Source: Myxococcota bacterium
GTDB taxonomy: Bacteria > Myxococcota_C > UBA6777
NCBI GenBank assembly: GCA_023150835.1
Contig: JAKLKB010000025.1
Coordinates: 1 to 58,995 of the forward strand
Reading direction: 5' to 3'
Length of the DNA stretch: 58,995 bases
Part shown: positions 55,365 to 58,995 of the stretch, piece by piece
Layout: every line of letters starts with the position of its first letter
How positions within the stretch are numbered: position 1 is the stretch's first letter
Translations under genes and position numbers: made by a program
The notes under the pieces: generated by a model
What the model was told of the DNA's origin: nothing
The model's database searches: none
Seen by the model: the letters and a program-made list of their open reading frames with translations, nothing else

Positions 55365-58352
55365 ATGCAAAAGCTTTTTCCTCTTTTGTTTGTTTCCATG
55401 TTGTGGATCTGGGGATGCCCCGAAGACCCCCGACGAAAGTGTCTCCAAAAAACCGACTGCAACCCGGGCGAAACCTGCACCCAAGGCTACTGCACAGGCG
55501 CAAGCAATTCTTGCTCCCCCGGACAAACTCGCCCTTGCTACACAGGCCCCGAAAACACTCGTGGCAAAGGCACTTGTCGCGATGGCACCGAAAGCTGTAG
55601 CGCCAACAACACATGGAGCGGCCAATGCCAAGGTGAAGTCCTCCCCACCCAAGAGATCTGCGGGGATGGCAAGGACAACGACTGCAACGGCACCATCGAC
55701 GATAGTACACCAAGTGCCGAGATCTGCGACGGCATCGACAACGATTGCAACGGTAAAGTCGACGATGATCCCGCCACAGGCCAGTCCCTGACACGCACTT
55801 GCTACACCGGCACCCAAGGCACCGCCGGAAAAGGCGCGTGCAAGTCTGGAACACAAGTCTGCAAAGATGGCAAATGGCCCGATGCTTGCGCGGGAGAAGT
55901 CATCCCCAAAGCCGAACTTTGCAACAACCAGATCGACGACGATTGCGATGGCACCGTCGATAACGTCGCTGATCTTGGAAAACCTTGTCGCGATCCGAGC
56001 AAACAAGGGGCTTGTCAAGATGGTCTCTATGCTTGTGATGCTCAAGGCAACCGCATCTGCAAGTCTACCGCTCAAACCAGCCCCGAAGATTGCAACGGAA
56101 AAGACGATGATTGCGACGGAAAAGTCGACAACATCGAAAATACCCCCGACCCGATCCGCCGCTCTTGTCCTACCTACCCCGGCCCCCCCGGCACCCAAGG
56201 CGTCGGTGAATGCAAAGCGGGCGTTCAACTCTGCCAAAATGCCCAATGGAACACCACCTGTAGCGAACAAGTCGTCCCACAAACCGAAGTCTGCGATGGC
56301 AAAGACAACGATTGCGACGGCCAGATCGACAACCAAGCCGGAAGCAACGAAAAACTCGCTCAGCCTTGTTATACTGGGCCCCAAGGCACTCAAAACGTCG
56401 GCCTTTGTAAGGGGGGCAATCAACGCTGTGAAGGCGGCAAATGGGGCGATTGCCAAGGCCAGATCATCCCCCGCGATGAACTTTGCGCAAACAACCAAGA
56501 CGAAGATTGCGATGGCAAGGTCGATAACGTCCGATTTATCGGTGAACGCTGCCTCGATCGTACCCGAAAAGGCATCTGCCAAGCCGGAATCTACCAATGC
56601 CAAGGCGCAAACCGCATCTGCAAGCAAACCACCCAATCCGCAACTGAAGTGTGCAACGGCCAAGATGACGATTGTGACGGACAGACCGACAATATCAACG
56701 GTACCACCAACGCCATCGAACGCGATTGCTACAGCCCGGGCGGAACCCCCCGTGGCAACTGCAAGCGCGGCAAACAAACTTGCCAAAATGGCCTATGGAG
56801 CGACGAGTGCAAAGGTGAGATCACGCCCTATCCAGAAGTGTGCAACGGCCAAGATGACGATTGCAACGGTCAAGTCGATGATGGCGGAGCCTGTGCAGCT
56901 TGCACTTCCGGCCAAAGCCGCGATTGCTACAACGGACCCACAAGCACCCGAAAACGCGGAAACTGCAAAGACGGAAAAGAGCTTTGCCAAAACTCCAAGT
57001 GGAGCGGCGTTTGTAACAACGCCGTCATCCCCGCCGTCGAAGATTGCAACGGCCAAGACGACGATTGTGACGGTCAGACCGACAACATCCCCGCCTCCAA
57101 CTATGCTCTGCGAAAACCTTGTTATGATGGCCCCGCTGGAACCCAAGATGTCGGCCTTTGTGCGGGCGGCTTCAACCTCTGCCTCAATGGCCGTTGGGAG
57201 ACCAATTGCTATGGCGCAACCCTCCCAAAAGCCGAGATCTGCGACGGCAAAGACAACAACTGCGACGGCAAAGTCGACGAAGGTAGCGCTTGCCAAACTA
57301 CCGAACGCAAGATCGGTGAAAGCTGCTCCAACGATCCCACCGCTCCTGCCGGACTCAAATGCGGCTTTGGCCTCCAATGCGTCTCCGCAAGCGATGACGA
57401 TCCCGCTTCTTTCTGCTACCAAAAGTGCGGATCTCCCGCAGCTTGCGCCAACAACACCGATGGTCGAGTCTTTTGCGCCCCGCTCTCCACGACCCTGAGC
57501 ATCTGCATCGCTCAGGCCGATGAAGCCGAGTTTTGCGACGTTGAACAAAGTATCCTCTGTAAGCCCGGCTTTGTTTGCGATAGCAATGCCCGTCGCTGCC
57601 GAAAACCCAGCGAAGCCGGACCGCTCCAACCTTGCGCTGGTAGCACAGGCTACACTTGCGACAAACAGCACGTCTGCACCATCCTCACCGTCGGCTCTCG
57701 CTCGGGTTTCTGTCTAAAACGCTGCAACACCAGCCAAGACTGCGGTACGGGCCTTTGTCTCAAGATCAGCGCACAAGATAGCGTTTGCATCCCCGCTGGA
57801 AACCGCAACGTCGATGAAGCCTGCGGACGTGCCGATGAAAGCAGCACTTTCCAATCCGAACGACTCTGCAAACAAGGCTTCTTTTGCGTTCGCACCGACC
57901 TCACCAACTCCGATGGCATCTGTTCTGTCCCGATCCTCGACTGCTCCGTCGGCTGTCCGGGCGGGCGCACGTGCGTCAATATCGGTGGCGGCTTCTTTTG
58001 TATGCGACCCTGTTCCGCTGGTTGCCTCCCCAACACCGAATGCACCGTCGCGGCCGGCAGCCAAGTCTGCACCGCCAAAACTCCCCCCGGTTCCGTTCCT
58101 TTCGGCGGGATCTGCGAACCCACCAACCGATGCCTCCAAGATCTCTCTTGTCTCAGCACAGGTGGCGCTTCCGTCGGATACTGCTCCAAACCCTGCACCT
58201 CCAACGCCAACTGTCCCACCTCTCCCCCGGGTGCTCGCTGCCAAAATGTCGGCGGCAACACCAGCGCTTGCGTCTTCCCCTGCACCTCCAACGCCAACTG
58301 CCCCACCGGTCTGATCTGCTCCATCAACGATGGACTCTGCCTCGCTCCTTAA
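55365..58352 (+). CDS. Cys-rich lipoprotein with 10 MopE-like repeats (~995 aa)
   Basis: GAGG RBS, IWGC lipobox, and CYTGP..G.C..G.Q.C..W modules alternating with CxGxDxDCxG. Confidence 0.9.
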   Translation: MQKLFPLLFVSMLWIWGCPEDPRRKCLQKTDCNPGETCTQGYCTGASNSCSPGQTRPCYTGPENTRGKGTCRDGTESCSANNTWSGQCQGEVLPTQEICGDGKDNDCNGTIDDSTPSAEICDGIDNDCNGKVDDDPATGQSLTRTCYTGTQGTAGKGACKSGTQVCKDGKWPDACAGEVIPKAELCNNQIDDDCDGTVDNVADLGKPCRDPSKQGACQDGLYACDAQGNRICKSTAQTSPEDCNGKDDDCDGKVDNIENTPDPIRRSCPTYPGPPGTQGVGECKAGVQLCQNAQWNTTCSEQVVPQTEVCDGKDNDCDGQIDNQAGSNEKLAQPCYTGPQGTQNVGLCKGGNQRCEGGKWGDCQGQIIPRDELCANNQDEDCDGKVDNVRFIGERCLDRTRKGICQAGIYQCQGANRICKQTTQSATEVCNGQDDDCDGQTDNINGTTNAIERDCYSPGGTPRGNCKRGKQTCQNGLWSDECKGEITPYPEVCNGQDDDCNGQVDDGGACAACTSGQSRDCYNGPTSTRKRGNCKDGKELCQNSKWSGVCNNAVIPAVEDCNGQDDDCDGQTDNIPASNYALRKPCYDGPAGTQDVGLCAGGFNLCLNGRWETNCYGATLPKAEICDGKDNNCDGKVDEGSACQTTERKIGESCSNDPTAPAGLKCGFGLQCVSASDDDPASFCYQKCGSPAACANNTDGRVFCAPLSTTLSICIAQADEAEFCDVEQSILCKPGFVCDSNARRCRKPSEAGPLQPCAGSTGYTCDKQHVCTILTVGSRSGFCLKRCNTSQDCGTGLCLKISAQDSVCIPAGNRNVDEACGRADESSTFQSERLCKQGFFCVRTDLTNSDGICSVPILDCSVGCPGGRTCVNIGGGFFCMRPCSAGCLPNTECTVAAGSQVCTAKTPPGSVPFGGICEPTNRCLQDLSCLSTGGASVGYCSKPCTSNANCPTSPPGARCQNVGGNTSACVFPCTSNANCPTGLICSINDGLCLAP

Positions 58353-58413
58353 CTTTATATGTTGGCGCACACGATCGGCTGATTTCGTAGAAGTCCTGTA
58401 CAGAGAAGAAGCG

Positions 58414-58995
58414 TTAGGGAGAAGCAGGCAGAAGGATGCCTTGTTTCCAGAGTTCTTGTCGGAAGACGCGGAGGACGTGGTCGTAAGATTGGGGTTGGAG
58501 GAGGACGCGGCCATTGATGAAGACTGTGGGGACGCCGCGAACGCCGATGGCTTGGCCTTGTTGGGCGTTGATCTGGACGCGGCGTTGGAAGCTGTGTCGG
58601 TCGAGTTCAGCGGAAAGCCAGTCCGTATCGAGTCCGACTTCGCGGGCGAGGGAGAGAAGTTCACCGCGTAGGAGGCGTTGTTGTTGACGGAAGAGGATGG
58701 AGTAGACGGGCCAGAACTTGCGTTGGGCTTGGGCGGCGGCGGCGAGTTCAGCGGCGCGTGTGCCTTCGGCGTGGATGCCGATGGGGTAGAACTTGAAGTA
58801 AAAGCGGATGTGTTGGGGATGATGGGCAAGAAGCTTTTCGAGGGAGAGGAAGGCTTGTCGGCAGGGGACGCAAGTAAAATCGGAGAATTCGACGATCTGG
58901 ACGGGAGCATCACCGGGTCCACGATAGGGGATACCTTCGGTGTAAGCGAAAGGAAGGTGGATGTATCGCCGTTGTGCGACGGCTTCGGGGGCGGC
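58414..58995 (-). CDS. DsbA-family thioredoxin-fold protein, 5'-partial (not in the ORF track)
   Basis: Manual translation from 58995: ..RGPGDAPVQIVEFSDFTCVPCRQ..FKFYPI..AAQAQRKFW..GVRGVPTVFING..PASP-stop (TAA at 58414-58416). Confidence 0.9.
   Translation of the reverse strand, partial: AAPEAVAQRRYIHLPFAYTEGIPYRGPGDAPVQIVEFSDFTCVPCRQAFLSLEKLLAHHPQHIRFYFKFYPIGIHAEGTRAAELAAAAQAQRKFWPVYSILFRQQQRLLRGELLSLAREVGLDTDWLSAELDRHSFQRRVQINAQQGQAIGVRGVPTVFINGRVLLQPQSYDHVLRVFRQELWKQGILLPASP

Noticed and set aside
57714-58922. 402-aa Ser/Pro-rich minus-strand ORF
   Set aside because: Wrong frame. The adjacent frame encodes a clear DsbA-family protein ending at 58414.

Overview
Chromosomal segment from a probable Myxococcota-type deltaproteobacterium (inferred from three MYXO-CTERM-like tails, myxobacterial-style Ser/Thr kinases, FHA, PilZ and Cys-rich surface proteins). 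Left end: a truncated type I R-M hsdM fused out of frame to the 3' half of an Rpn/YhgA-like gene that keeps an internal small ORF with a perfect RBS. It is followed by an ~870-bp intergenic stack of nested miniature elements. These are a 396-bp IS5-like MITE (26-bp TIRs, TGA duplication), a ~113-bp TIR-bounded element carrying a GTAG-type REP (5 copies in the window, two abutting TAA stop codons) and a ~120-nt structured repeat with covarying stems (4 full and 2-3 degenerate copies). Then come an alpha-2-macroglobulin plus a 1768-aa PPC-like repeat protein, ung, a metallophosphoesterase, dksA with a long structured leader, a 16-bp VNTR, a K+ channel, FHA-TPR, an S8 protease, a kinase with an RHH-like tail, a HEAT protein, larC-larB, matrixin, PilZ, a SHOCT-kinase-WD40 plus FHA pair, a tandem C2-like secreted protein, tmk, a TPR-degenerate zincin, rimO, pal-cpoB-cpoB, a hybrid histidine kinase, a three-gene VWA/MopE-repeat adhesin-like cluster and a partial DsbA-family gene missed by the ORF track. 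No rRNA, tRNA, CRISPR array or intact transposase was seen. All calls are by-eye motif recognition, with no database searches.
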